Below are positions 1-10,814 of a DNA stretch of 64,000 bases, piece after piece. The stretch comes from Nitrospinaceae bacterium (GTDB lineage: Bacteria > Nitrospinota > Nitrospinia > Nitrospinales > Nitrospinaceae): assembly GCA_965223665.1 (NCBI GenBank), contig OZ245011.1, positions 896,001 through 960,000 of the forward strand, given 5' to 3'. The position numbers were made by a program, and so were the translations under genes. The notes beneath the pieces are model-generated. The model saw only the letters and a program-made list of their open reading frames with translations, did no database searches and was not told where the DNA came from. Positions within the stretch are counted from its first letter, which is position 1; the number at the start of each line of letters is the position of its first letter.

Positions 1-1104
1 ATTACCTGGAGGGTTTTTTTAGACCTTGTAGCGCAAAGGGAGGCCTTTAAAGGAGGAGAGTTCGATGCCCATATGATCGCCAGTTCCAGGGATTGGGCAT
101 TGGACTATAAAGGGAAATTTGTTGAAAAGGGTTATTATCTTAGGGAAGAAATTCCTCATAAGCGCGTTGCTGGTATGCAGGGTTTTATTATGAATATGCG
201 CAATGACATTTTCAAATCCAGAAAAGTACGTGCGGCTTTGGCAATGGTATTTGATTTTAAATGGAGTAATAAAAATCTTTTTTATAACCAATACACTCGC
301 AATGAATGTTACTTCGACAATAATCCCGAAATGAAGCCAATTGGACTCCCCAAAGGTGAAGTAAAAAAACTATTACTAAACTTAAGAGAAAAGCATGGGA
401 AAAGTTTTGTTCCTAAAACTGTTTTCACCAAACCAGTGGGAGCTCCCGGCCAGGGAATACCCCATGAAAAAAATATAGCCATCGCTAACAAACTTCTTGA
501 TTCCGCTGGCTGGAAAATGGATAAAGACGGCATCCGAAAAAGAAACAATAAAAAACTCTCTTTTACTTTACTTTTACCCGATGCAGGTTTTCAAAGAATA
601 GCCGAGCCATACAAAAATAGTTTAAAAAAAATCGGCGCAGATATGACAATCAAGGTTGTTCAAGTTGCTCAATATGAAGAGAAAACGAGGGAATTTAAAT
701 TTGACATGATTGTAGTTAACTATGGGCAAAGCCGCTCACCTGGTAATGAACAGCGTTATTTATGGGGCAGTGAAGCGGCAAAACAACCTGGTTCTAGGAA
801 TTTTGCAGGAATAGAAAATCCTGCCATTGATGAATTAATCGATATTATTGTAAAGGCAAAAACCCGGAAAGAGTTGGTTAATGCTATTCAAGCCATGGAC
901 CGCATTTTAACTCATCAATTCTATTTAGTTCCTCATTGGTATATCAGTTATGATCGCTTGGTATATTGGAATAAGTTTTCCAGGCCTTCCTTAAATCCCT
1001 CGCAAGAACAGATGCTAAATAATGTTGTCCAATGGTGGTGGTGGGATAAAAATAAAGCCAAAACATTGAAAGAGGCAAGGAAATCAGGAAAATCAATTAA
1101 TTAG
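1..1104 (+). CDS. yejA: Peptide ABC transporter substrate-binding protein (YejA-like), 5'-truncated by window edge
   Basis: Frame is open from base 1 (ITWRVFLD...). Motifs MQGFIMNMR, VRAALAMVFDFKWSNKNLFY, SPGNEQRYLWGS, GSRNFAGI are typical of YejA-type family 5 SBPs. Lies upstream of yejB/E/F homologs. Confidence 0.85.
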   Translation: MTWRVFLDLVAQREAFKGGEFDAHMIASSRDWALDYKGKFVEKGYYLREEIPHKRVAGMQGFIMNMRNDIFKSRKVRAALAMVFDFKWSNKNLFYNQYTRNECYFDNNPEMKPIGLPKGEVKKLLLNLREKHGKSFVPKTVFTKPVGAPGQGIPHEKNIAIANKLLDSAGWKMDKDGIRKRNNKKLSFTLLLPDAGFQRIAEPYKNSLKKIGADMTIKVVQVAQYEEKTREFKFDMIVVNYGQSRSPGNEQRYLWGSEAAKQPGSRNFAGIENPAIDELIDIIVKAKTRKELVNAIQAMDRILTHQFYLVPHWYISYDRLVYWNKFSRPSLNPSQEQMLNNVVQWWWWDKNKAKTLKEARKSGKSIN

Positions 1105-1222
1105 TTGTATCTCTTTACCCATATTTTAAACGTAAGGCTTTAATTTGTTCATATTGGTTGAACTGCAATAAGTTTTTAATTACAATGTGCCTGTAAATAT
1201 AACTACTTTTTTTGGATTGATT

Positions 1223-1588
1223 ATGGCAAAGATTTTAATTGTTGAAGACCACGAAGCCACTAGAAGAACTTTGATTAAACGGTTGTCCAAAGCCGGCCAT
1301 GAAGTTGAAGGCGCAGATTCAGGTATTTTTGGTTTAGAGTTATTAAAAGTAACTGACTTCGACCTGGTGGTTCTGGATTTTATGATGAAAAAAATGAATG
1401 GAATGCAAACGTTCGAGCAAATGAAAGTTTTAAAACCCTCCATTCCCTATGTCATGCTAACTGCTTATGCTCATGAAGGCATGATCAAACAATTTATGAA
1501 TGAAGGCGGGGCAGACTTTATTGTTAAACCGTTTAAAGAAGATTTAGAAACACGAATTGAAAAAGCTTTAGGCGCTTCTGAAAATTAA
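1223..1588 (+). CDS. Single-domain response regulator (receiver)
   Basis: KILIVEDH...LVVLDFMM...MLTAY...FIVKPF receiver motifs. ATG 1223 preferred over GTG 1187. Confidence 0.85.
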   Translation: MAKILIVEDHEATRRTLIKRLSKAGHEVEGADSGIFGLELLKVTDFDLVVLDFMMKKMNGMQTFEQMKVLKPSIPYVMLTAYAHEGMIKQFMNEGGADFIVKPFKEDLETRIEKALGASEN

Positions 1589-1777
1589 ACTCTTAAGTAA
1601 AAATTTTATTTGTTAAATTCTGACTTTAATTGTCACATTCATCCAATTAAATCTTTTCTCTTCTAATTTCCCCACCCCATGAATAGTTGATATAATAATC
1701 ATTAGAACTGCCAGGTGTTTATCAAAACTCCTCGCCCACTTTCTAAATACTTAATATAGCTACAATTAAAAATCTCT

Positions 1778-2917
1778 ATGATTGCTTATATCATCCGTAG
1801 ATTTCTATTTATGATTCCTACCCTGGTAGGAATTGTAACAATCACCTTTATTGTCATTCAGTTTGTTCCCGGGGGCCCAATAGATCAAATTAAATCCCTT
1901 TTGCGGGGGCATTCTGGAGTAATGAATGAAGCGGGTGGGATGGCCCTTGATAGCCAAATGGATAAGGCTCAAGAGCTCGACCCTAAGCACATGGAGGCAT
2001 TGAAAAAAGTTTACCATTTAGATCGACCTCTTTGGGAAAGATATCTTCGAACATTTTTATGGTATTCACCTAAAAACAATCAGGGATCATTTGGTGATAG
2101 ATTCTTCAATAGAGAAAACTGGGAAGGATTTTTGGTATTTAAATTCGGAAATTCTTTTTATAGAAATAAATCGGTCCTGGAATTAATAAAAGAAAAACTT
2201 CCTGTTTCTGCCTCATTAGGTGTTACCAGTTTTTTTCTCACTTATATCATTTGTATTATTCTAGGAATTGCTAAAGCTGTTCGTAGTGGAAGCAAGTTTG
2301 ATACTGCTTCCAGTATTCTTGTGTTGATTGGTTATAGTACTCCTGGCTTTGTTCTCGGAATTTTCTTTATTGTTTTTTTTGGTCCCGGAGACAAAGCCAT
2401 TGCACACCTGATTCCTCTAACAGGCCTCACTTCAGAAGGTGTCCTCGGTTATGAGACCTGGACTTTTTGGGAAAAGTTCATTGATTATTTACATCATTTA
2501 ATTGCACCATTAATTTGCTTTACCCTGGGAAGTTTTGCCACCTTAACCATGCTCACAAAAAATGCGGTAATTGAGGAAATGCGCAAACAATACGTTATTA
2601 CTGCACGCGCCAAAGGGTTATCTGAGAAAACCGTGCTTTATAAACATATTTTAAAAAATGCCATGATTCCCCTGGTCACAGGTTTTCCAATTGGATTTCT
2701 CGCCATGTTTTTCACAGGATCTTTATTGATCGAACAAATTTTCACGTTAGATGGTTTGGGGTTACTGTCCTATCAGGCAGTCATTCAAAGGGATTATCCC
2801 ATCGTATTAGGAACCTTGTTTATGTTTTCTTTGCTTGCACTTGTCGGCCAACTGTTAACGGATATTTCTTACGTAATCATTGATCGCAGAATATCATTCG
2901 AGGAGTCTCAAGCTTAG
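1778..2917 (+). CDS. yejB: Peptide ABC transporter permease (YejB-like)
   Basis: MIAYIIRRFLFMIPTL..., VIQFVPGGP, EAA loop YVITARAKGLSE, C-terminal DRRISFE. Confidence 0.9.
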   Translation: MIAYIIRRFLFMIPTLVGIVTITFIVIQFVPGGPIDQIKSLLRGHSGVMNEAGGMALDSQMDKAQELDPKHMEALKKVYHLDRPLWERYLRTFLWYSPKNNQGSFGDRFFNRENWEGFLVFKFGNSFYRNKSVLELIKEKLPVSASLGVTSFFLTYIICIILGIAKAVRSGSKFDTASSILVLIGYSTPGFVLGIFFIVFFGPGDKAIAHLIPLTGLTSEGVLGYETWTFWEKFIDYLHHLIAPLICFTLGSFATLTMLTKNAVIEEMRKQYVITARAKGLSEKTVLYKHILKNAMIPLVTGFPIGFLAMFFTGSLLIEQIFTLDGLGLLSYQAVIQRDYPIVLGTLFMFSLLALVGQLLTDISYVIIDRRISFEESQA

Positions 2918-4302
2918 TGGCAAAAGAAAACAACCAAGAATTCAGAATCAAATTTGAAAAATTCAAAAGGGATAAGAGAGCCTACTATAGCTTCCTCATC
3001 CTGGCCCTTGCCTTTTTTATTACCTTACCCGCCGAGCTTCTTTGCAATGTGAAACCCATTTTACTTATATTGGACGGAAAACCTTATTTTCCAATTTTTT
3101 TTAAATATAGCGAAAAAGATTTTGGGGGAACCCAACTGACAGAACCAGACTACAAATCAGCCCAGTTTGAAGGATTATTAAAAGGCGTTGATCCTAAAGC
3201 ATTAGACTTAAAAATGGACACCAGGACAAATAATGAAGGGTTTGATATTTCAATGGACGATTTTGATGACACCGAAGAAACTGGATTAAATTTAGGGTTA
3301 GATGACTTTGAGGATGAAGAAGATCAACCCATAATACAACAAGATATAAAAGTCACAACAAAGGAAAATTCTTTCGAAATTGGATTAGATGATTTTGAAG
3401 AAGAAGGTATATCTATTGATGAATCTGTTTCACCGGAAATACCAAAATCATCTCCTAACCCATCTAATTCGAATATTAAAGAAAACAGAGAGTTTTGGAT
3501 GTTATGGCCTCCTGTCCGTTATGATTATAAATACATTCCCACAGATAGTGTTACAGGGCAAGTTGCCCTTGCAGCTCCTTATAAAACTAAAACCCCAGAC
3601 GGTAAAGTTACCATATCCTCTTCATGGCTGGACGGACATTACTTGGGAACGGATGATAGAGGACGCGATGTATTGGCAAGATTAATATATGGATTTCGAA
3701 TATCACTAATCTTTGGAGTTTCTCTGGCTATAACAGGGACGATGATTGGATGTTTATTGGGAGGAATCCAGGGATTTTTTGGAGGTTGGATAGATTTAAT
3801 TGGTCAAAGATTAACAGAGATATGGGGCTCCATCCCTCGTCTTTATATTTTAATAATTTTGAGCGCGTTCTTGGTCCCTTCCACTCTCCTTCTATTCGCC
3901 ATTTTAAATTTAACCGCCTGGATGGGAATAGCCGCTTATATCAGAGCGGAGTTTTTAAAATCTCGAAACCTGGAATACGTTAAAGCCGCAAGAGCTCTTG
4001 GGGTTTCAAACTTTTCAATTATGCGCAAACATATTTTGCCAAATTCGTTGACTCCTGTAATCACTTTCTTCCCTTTTGAGGTTACCGCAGGAATTTTAGC
4101 CCTAGTGAGTTTGGATTATCTCAATTTGGGAGTGCCCAGTCCCTCTCCTAGTATTGGAGAATTATTGGCGCAAGGAAAAAATAATTTACAGGCAGACTGG
4201 ATTCTCCTTCCAACATTCTTTTTGCTTACGATTACCATTACTTTATTAACGTTTGTAGGGGATGGAATTCGTAATGCATTTGATCCACGTAAATCAGACT
4301 AA
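2917..4302 (+). CDS. yejE: Peptide ABC transporter permease (YejE-like) with an acidic insertion
   Basis: LGTDDRGRDVLARLIYGFRIS, EYVKAARALG, RNAFDPR. Start overlaps the yejB stop (TAGTG). Confidence 0.9.
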   Translation: MAKENNQEFRIKFEKFKRDKRAYYSFLILALAFFITLPAELLCNVKPILLILDGKPYFPIFFKYSEKDFGGTQLTEPDYKSAQFEGLLKGVDPKALDLKMDTRTNNEGFDISMDDFDDTEETGLNLGLDDFEDEEDQPIIQQDIKVTTKENSFEIGLDDFEEEGISIDESVSPEIPKSSPNPSNSNIKENREFWMLWPPVRYDYKYIPTDSVTGQVALAAPYKTKTPDGKVTISSSWLDGHYLGTDDRGRDVLARLIYGFRISLIFGVSLAITGTMIGCLLGGIQGFFGGWIDLIGQRLTEIWGSIPRLYILIILSAFLVPSTLLLFAILNLTAWMGIAAYIRAEFLKSRNLEYVKAARALGVSNFSIMRKHILPNSLTPVITFFPFEVTAGILALVSLDYLNLGVPSPSPSIGELLAQGKNNLQADWILLPTFFLLTITITLLTFVGDGIRNAFDPRKSD

Positions 4303-4329
4303 AATCTTTCGGGCAAATGAAATAAATTT

Positions 4330-6339
4330 ATGCTTTTAAGTGTACAAAATTTAAAAACTCATTTTAGAGTTGGCCATAAAAATATTGCAAAAGCAGTTGA
4401 TGGGGTGTCTTTTCAAATTCAGGAAGGCAAAACTTTAGCTTTGGTGGGTGAATCCGGATGTGGCAAATCCCAAACTGCTTTTTCAATAATTAGACTAATT
4501 GCAGAAAATGGGTTTCATCCCTCTGGAAAGATAATTTTTGATAAGAAAGACCTATCTTCCTTTTCGGAATTAGAGATGCAAGAAGTGCGTGGAGATGATA
4601 TCGCAATGATTTTCCAAGAACCTATGACATCTCTTAATCCACTTTATCGAATTGGAAATCAATTACAAGAACCTTTGCGTCTTCACAGAAAAATGCAAAA
4701 AGGTCCCGCCCGTAAAAAAGCAATTGAATTATTGGACAGGGTAGGAATTCCTGACCCAGATAAAAGAATAGATGATTTTCCCCATCAACTTTCGGGAGGA
4801 ATGAAACAACGCGTAATGATTGCCATGGCTTTAGCATGTGAACCCAAATTATTAATTGCGGATGAACCTACAACAGCACTGGATGTAACCATTCAAGCCC
4901 AGGTATTGCGCCTTATTTCAGATCTTCAACAACAAACGGGAATGGCCATTTTACTAATTACTCATGATATGGGAATAGTTAACCAAATGGCAGATGATCT
5001 AGCCATAATGTACGCGGGGAAAATAGTAGAACAAGGTTCTCGGGATCAAATTTTTTCGAAAATGCTTCATCCTTATACTCATAGACTATTCGATTCAATC
5101 CCTAAACCGGAAGACACAGGGTATTTATTAAAAACAATTCCTGGTCTCGTACCTCCAGCCACAGATTACGGCAGTGGTTGTCTATTTGCGGATAGATGCG
5201 AGTTTTCAATGGATCATTGTCACAATCAAGATAGTCCTGTCTATTCAAGAGATAAAGGACACGATGTACGTTGTCACTTGTACAAGGATTCTGAATTCCC
5301 GGATTTGGAACAAAATAACAACAAACTTTCAGCACCCCAAAAAACCATTAGTTCCGAAAACCTTTTGACAGTAAAAGAATTAAAAACCTGGTTTCCGGTT
5401 CACAAAGGCGTTTTCAGAAGAGTTGTGGGTCATGTAAAAGCCGTAGACGGAATTGATATGGAAGTAAAAACAGGGAGCACCATAGCTCTAGTTGGAGAAT
5501 CTGGATGTGGAAAAACCACCTTGGGAGAATCCCTCCTTCGCTTGAATAAAGAAACTAAGGGAATTGTTACCTTTAAAAATCAAAATCTTTTAGATTTGCC
5601 TTCGGATGAAATCAAGAAAATAAGAAAACACTTGCAAATAGTTTTTCAAGACCCATTTGGTTCTTTATCGCCAAGGATGAGAGTTCAAGAGATTATTGGT
5701 GAAGGTTTGGAGGTCCATATTCCAAAAATTTCAGATCAGGAAAAATCTCAAAAAGTAAGTTTAGTACTTCAAGAAGTTGGCCTTGACCCTTCAGTAGCAA
5801 ATCGCTACCCCCATGAGTTCTCTGGGGGTCAAAGACAACGGATCAGCATTGCCCGCGCTCTAATTTTAGAACCTGAATTTTTAGTACTAGATGAGCCAAC
5901 AAGTGCTTTAGATGTTTCAGTTCAGGCTCAGGTTTTAAATCTACTTCAACAAATACAATCAAAAAGAAAACTAACTTATATGTTTATTACCCATAACTTA
6001 AGTGTTGTGAGGTATCTAGCCGATAAAGTTGCGATCATGTATTTAGGACGGGTAGTTGAATATGCAGAGGCCAAGGATTTATTTAGTAAACCTCTTCACC
6101 CCTATACCCAATCGTTGATTGAAGCCATTCCCTCATTAGGAGATCGAACACCTTTTAAGTCTATTACTGGAGATGTCCCCTCCCCCTTGAACCCACCTCA
6201 AGGCTGTCATTTCCATCCTAGATGTCCTATTTTCCAAAATGAATCAAAGGGTTCCAATTTACAAAAAAAATGCTTAAATGAATATCCAGGGAAGACTTAT
6301 AAAGGGGAAGGATTTGTTGCTTGCCACGCGGAACAATAA
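4330..6339 (+). CDS. Peptide ABC transporter ATP-binding protein with two fused ATPase domains (YejF/DppD-DppF type)
   Basis: Two Walker A motifs ([16 protein letters not shown]), signatures LSGGMKQR and FSGGQRQR, and Cys-containing oligopeptide-transporter C-terminal extensions. Confidence 0.92.
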   Translation: MLLSVQNLKTHFRVGHKNIAKAVDGVSFQIQEGKTLALVGESGCGKSQTAFSIIRLIAENGFHPSGKIIFDKKDLSSFSELEMQEVRGDDIAMIFQEPMTSLNPLYRIGNQLQEPLRLHRKMQKGPARKKAIELLDRVGIPDPDKRIDDFPHQLSGGMKQRVMIAMALACEPKLLIADEPTTALDVTIQAQVLRLISDLQQQTGMAILLITHDMGIVNQMADDLAIMYAGKIVEQGSRDQIFSKMLHPYTHRLFDSIPKPEDTGYLLKTIPGLVPPATDYGSGCLFADRCEFSMDHCHNQDSPVYSRDKGHDVRCHLYKDSEFPDLEQNNNKLSAPQKTISSENLLTVKELKTWFPVHKGVFRRVVGHVKAVDGIDMEVKTGSTIALVGESGCGKTTLGESLLRLNKETKGIVTFKNQNLLDLPSDEIKKIRKHLQIVFQDPFGSLSPRMRVQEIIGEGLEVHIPKISDQEKSQKVSLVLQEVGLDPSVANRYPHEFSGGQRQRISIARALILEPEFLVLDEPTSALDVSVQAQVLNLLQQIQSKRKLTYMFITHNLSVVRYLADKVAIMYLGRVVEYAEAKDLFSKPLHPYTQSLIEAIPSLGDRTPFKSITGDVPSPLNPPQGCHFHPRCPIFQNESKGSNLQKKCLNEYPGKTYKGEGFVACHAEQ

Positions 6340-6668
6340 AATCTATTAAGTAGACAGATTTTAAAGTTTTAACTTCGATTAATGAGCTTTACTTTCAGAT
6401 ATAAAGTAAAAAATAACTCCGATTATTGCAACTCCGCCAAGTCCATACAAAAGTAAGCATGTTAAATTAATATCCATAATTGAACTCTAGTAAGGGTTTA
6501 AATTGGGAGGAAATATAGCACTTCTTTACCCTATTAATCAATATATATTCCCCAAATTCGATTGTTTAATTAGAATCTACATCTATCTAAAAATAATCTA
6601 AATAAATAAAAGAATATTTTTCTTTCAAAAATATCGAATAAACCAAACCTTAGATAATTGAGTCCTTT

Positions 6669-7535
6669 ATGAAAATTCTTTATCCATTCGCAAAAAGATT
6701 TATTGCCGGTGATAACCTAACCAAAGCCCTACCTAATATAAAGTCACTGCACCAAAGTGGTTATTTTTCCACCGTTGATGTATTGGGAGAAAATGTCCAT
6801 ACAAAAGATCAAATTCAAGTGGCTAAACAAGAATATTTAGATTTAATTGTTGCGATGGAAAGTTTAAAGGTTCCCTTTGACCTTTCTATTAAACTTACGC
6901 AAATGGGATTAAATATTGATTATCAATTATGCAAAAGTAATGTCGAAGAAATCCTTAAAAAGGCAGGGGAAAATACCATCCGCTTCGATATGGAAGGATC
7001 AGATTGCACAGAAAGAACGATTCAAATGGGGTTAGATCTTCAACCATCCTACTCTAATTTAGGTCTTGTGTTACAGGCTTATCTTTTAAGAACTCAAAAA
7101 GATATTGAATCGGTAATTGATAATAAAATTTCGACTCGACTTTGCAAAGGAGCTTATAAAGAGCCATCTGATATTGCGTTTCAACAAATGGATAAAATTC
7201 AAAATAATTTTTTGAACCTAGCTTATAAATTGTTAAAAGAGGGTAATCTACCCGCAATCGCCACCCATGACGAACTTATAATTAAAAAAATCATAAAATT
7301 TATTCAGAAAGAAAAAATAAACTCTGATTCATTTTATTTTGAACTACTTTATGGTGTAAGAAGAGATTTACAAAAGGCTCTTTTAGAAAAGAATTACCAG
7401 GTTCGAATTTATGTACCTTATGGAAAGTCTTGGCTGCCTTACACTTTAAGGCGTTTAGCGGAAAGAAAAGAAAATATATTTTTTGTGATTAAAAACTTAA
7501 TAAAAGAAACCCTTGGATTAGGAAAAGTAAATTAA
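6669..7535 (+). CDS. Monofunctional proline dehydrogenase
   Basis: RFIAG, SIKLTQMG, RFDMEG, VLQAYL, RLCKGAY, IATHD, VRIYVPYG...RRLAER. Confidence 0.9.
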   Translation: MKILYPFAKRFIAGDNLTKALPNIKSLHQSGYFSTVDVLGENVHTKDQIQVAKQEYLDLIVAMESLKVPFDLSIKLTQMGLNIDYQLCKSNVEEILKKAGENTIRFDMEGSDCTERTIQMGLDLQPSYSNLGLVLQAYLLRTQKDIESVIDNKISTRLCKGAYKEPSDIAFQQMDKIQNNFLNLAYKLLKEGNLPAIATHDELIIKKIIKFIQKEKINSDSFYFELLYGVRRDLQKALLEKNYQVRIYVPYGKSWLPYTLRRLAERKENIFFVIKNLIKETLGLGKVN

Positions 7536-7555
7536 GGTAAAAATAATTTCAACAA

Positions 7556-8431
7556 TCAAATCCCCGCTAATTGAGCCTGTCTATCGGCTAGGTAAGAACT
7601 ACGAATTAAAGGACCAGATTCTACATGTAAGAATCCCATAGAAACACCAATTTCTTTATATTCCTGAAAAACATCCGGATGAATATAATTGACCACCTTG
7701 GCATGACTAAGGGAAGGTTGCAAATATTGACCAAGAGTTAATATTTGACATCCTGTATCTAATAGGTCTTTCATAGTCTGAATAACCTCGTCTTTCTTTT
7801 CACCATGTCCCAACATCAAACCACTTTTTGTAGGCAAATGAAACTTTTTTGAAGCCAAAGATAATGTTTTTAACGACCACTGATAATCACATTGTGGCCG
7901 AATTGATTTTTGAAGCGAAAAAACCGTCTCAATATTATGAGATAAAATATCTGGTTTAGCCGTACATACATTAGCAATTAATTTCTCTTCTCCCTTAAAG
8001 TCAGGAATTAGCGCCTCAATTTTTAATTCAGGTTTTTTTTGACGGATTTTTGTTATTGTTTGTGCCCATATACTCGATCCTCCGTCTTCAAGATCGTCTC
8101 TATCCACAGAAGTAATTACTACATATTTTAAATTCAAATACCCCAACATATCGGCCACATTATAGGGTTCATCCCAATCAATAGGCTTCAATGAACCTGT
8201 AGGAACATCACAAAATCGACAAGCCCGTGAGCAAGTGTCCCCTAAAATCATTATTGTAAGCGTTCCAGAATCCCAACATTTCCCAATATTCGGACAGGAA
8301 GCAGATTCGCAAACTGTATTCAAACCATATTTATGTAGAAGCGAGCGGAGTCTGAAAAACTCCGCCTCCTTGGGTAAAGTTGTTTTTAACCAAGGTGGTT
8401 TATTTCCATCTTTTATCGAAAATCCAGACAA
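7556..8431 (-). CDS. lipA: Lipoyl synthase
   Basis: CESASCPNIGKC and radical SAM CSRACRFC motifs, C-terminal RSSY. Confidence 0.95.
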   Translation of the reverse strand: MSGFSIKDGNKPPWLKTTLPKEAEFFRLRSLLHKYGLNTVCESASCPNIGKCWDSGTLTIMILGDTCSRACRFCDVPTGSLKPIDWDEPYNVADMLGYLNLKYVVITSVDRDDLEDGGSSIWAQTITKIRQKKPELKIEALIPDFKGEEKLIANVCTAKPDILSHNIETVFSLQKSIRPQCDYQWSLKTLSLASKKFHLPTKSGLMLGHGEKKDEVIQTMKDLLDTGCQILTLGQYLQPSLSHAKVVNYIHPDVFQEYKEIGVSMGFLHVESGPLIRSSYLADRQAQLAGI

Positions 8432-8549
8432 CAGGTTTTTCCTTTTTTACTAAATTAATTCAAGTATAATTATTAAATAATGCATTTCTGTCCTCTAAAA
8501 CTACCATTCCTTAAAACCAAATTATCTAAAAACAATATTAGCAATATTA

Positions 8550-9731
8550 ATGAAAATCATCCACAAATACATTTTTAAAGAGCTTCTCAAAATTTTTATT
8601 TTAAGCTCCATGTTTCTAACCCTCATATTGTTTGTGGATAAAATCTTATTTTTAACGGAAATGGTAATCAATCGAGGAGTTACCTTTTGGGAAGTCGTTC
8701 AGATGATGTTTTTTATTTCTCCAGTTTTTATGGGAATCACTATTCCCATCAGCGTTTTATTATCTGTTGTTGTAGTGTTTAATCAACTATCTGCAGATAA
8801 TGAATTTGTTGTTATGAAAGCCAGTGGCTGGAGTTTTATGTATATGATGAGACCTGTATTATTATTTTCATTGGTTGCTTATATTTTGACTAATGTCGTG
8901 GTGTTTTATTTACTTCCTTGGGGAAATCAATCCTTCAAGGAATTGGTATATAAAATTATTGAAACTCGAGCTAATGTAGACATAAAACCTCAGGTTTTTA
9001 ATAGAGACTTTAAGGACCTGGTTATTTTTATCAAAGACAAAACCAGCAGCAATCATTTAAAGGGAGTTTTTATTGCTCAAACAGAATCTAATTCTCAGTC
9101 TAAAATAATTCTTTCTAACGAAGGTATTATAATCAGCGAACCAGATTCATTAAAAATTCGTCTTCAATTAAAATCCGGAACCATACATGAGACCAGCATA
9201 GAAAGTCCAGATTATCAAACTTTAAGTTTTGACAGTTATGATTTAAATCTGGATCTCCCTAGCGCAGAAGAATTGAAAAAAAAAGGATTTATTAAACCTA
9301 GAGAAATGTCTCCCACCGCTCTCCTCAAAAGAATTAATGAAAAAAAAGCGAAGGGCAGAACTGCATTTGTTGAAGAGGTGGAACTTAGTAAAAAATTTTC
9401 TATTCCTATTACTTGCCTTTTATTTGGACTGGTTGGAGCTCCCTTTGGAATAAAATCAAGTCGGTCAGGAAAATCCGGAGGTTTTGTAATTGCCGTAGCA
9501 ATAGTTTTAGTATATTACGTTCTATTAGTATCTATGGAAAATTTGGGAGCTACTGGGCAAATCCCAGCACTATTTTCAGTTTGGGTACCCAATATCTTAT
9601 TAATTTTTTTAACCATTTATGTAAGCTTAAAAACCCAAAAAGAAATTCCTTTTTCATTAATTGAAAAATTAAACAATGGTCTTAATTCTTTAAAAATGAT
9701 TTTTTTAAATCGAAAAAAAAATCGCTTATAA
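8550..9731 (+). CDS. lptF: LPS export ABC transporter permease, LptF/LptG family
   Basis: MKIIHKYIFKE, LSADNEFVVMKASG, SIPITCLLFGLVGAP, WVPNI, with six TM segments and a periplasmic domain. Confidence 0.8.
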   Translation: MKIIHKYIFKELLKIFILSSMFLTLILFVDKILFLTEMVINRGVTFWEVVQMMFFISPVFMGITIPISVLLSVVVVFNQLSADNEFVVMKASGWSFMYMMRPVLLFSLVAYILTNVVVFYLLPWGNQSFKELVYKIIETRANVDIKPQVFNRDFKDLVIFIKDKTSSNHLKGVFIAQTESNSQSKIILSNEGIIISEPDSLKIRLQLKSGTIHETSIESPDYQTLSFDSYDLNLDLPSAEELKKKGFIKPREMSPTALLKRINEKKAKGRTAFVEEVELSKKFSIPITCLLFGLVGAPFGIKSSRSGKSGGFVIAVAIVLVYYVLLVSMENLGATGQIPALFSVWVPNILLIFLTIYVSLKTQKEIPFSLIEKLNNGLNSLKMIFLNRKKNRL

Positions 9732-9788
9732 TGCCCTAATTTCAATCAAAATTTAATCAAACAAGTTATTATCCCAATATAACCTTTT

Positions 9789-10766
9789 ATGACTACAGCA
9801 ATTTCTAAAGAATTGAATCAGTGTAATTTATGTGGTTCAAAAGAATATAAACTCCTGTCCCAATTAAGCCGGGATAGTAAAAATTTAAAAACGGTTATCT
9901 GCTGTCAATGTGGCTTGGTCTATAGCAATCCGTTTCCTATTGATCCGTTTATTTACTACCAAAAAGAATATCGTATTAGTTACAAAGGAGTGTATCAACC
10001 CAGATTGAAACATATTTACAGGGCAGCCCAAATTGCCGCCCAACGAATAAATTCCATTAAAAAATATTTGACCCCCAATAATAAAATTTTGGATATTGGT
10101 TCGGGTGGCGGAGAGTTTATTTTTTTATTAAAAAATTTAGGATTTGATGTTACAGGAATCGAACCACATGAAGGGTATGCAAACTTTTCCAAAAATGAAT
10201 ATTCATTAAATATAAGGAATTGTTTTCTTCAAAATGCCGAGTTTTCTAACAGCACTTTTAATTTGATAACAATGTGGCATGTATTCGAACATACTGATGA
10301 TCCTATAAATGTCCTAAAAAAAATAAATTCATGGATTTGCGCGGACGGTTATCTGGCAATCGAAGTTCCCAACGTTGAAGCAATTTGCCAAACCCCCAAA
10401 AATACTTTTCATACAGCCCATTTATTTAATTTTAATAAAACCTCATTAAACAAAATGGCTGAATTGGCAGGTTATGAAAAAGTTCATGAGTTTTTTTCAG
10501 AAGACAAAGGAAACATTACTCAGATTTTCAAAAAAACCAATGCTCCAATAAAAAATAAAACAGCGGGATTGGAAGAAAATTACCAGCGAATTAATAGAAT
10601 CGTAACCAATCACACACGTTTAAAGTACATTTTTTCTATTTACCCCTATTCAAGATTAATAAATAAATTCATCCGTTCGGTAAAAGAAAAATATATTTCA
10701 AATAAATATTCGAATGGGAAAGAAATACTCAATGATGTATTATCTTCTATAAAACAACATTACTAA
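9789..10766 (+). CDS. Class I SAM-dependent methyltransferase with N-terminal Zn ribbon
   Basis: CNLCGS...CCQCGL, ILDIGSGGG, WHVFEH, IEVPN. Confidence 0.85.
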   Translation: MTTAISKELNQCNLCGSKEYKLLSQLSRDSKNLKTVICCQCGLVYSNPFPIDPFIYYQKEYRISYKGVYQPRLKHIYRAAQIAAQRINSIKKYLTPNNKILDIGSGGGEFIFLLKNLGFDVTGIEPHEGYANFSKNEYSLNIRNCFLQNAEFSNSTFNLITMWHVFEHTDDPINVLKKINSWICADGYLAIEVPNVEAICQTPKNTFHTAHLFNFNKTSLNKMAELAGYEKVHEFFSEDKGNITQIFKKTNAPIKNKTAGLEENYQRINRIVTNHTRLKYIFSIYPYSRLINKFIRSVKEKYISNKYSNGKEILNDVLSSIKQHY

Positions 10767-10814
10767 AACTTTAAAAATGCAAGTTAACCTTTCAACTTAT
10801 AACCCAATCGAAAA

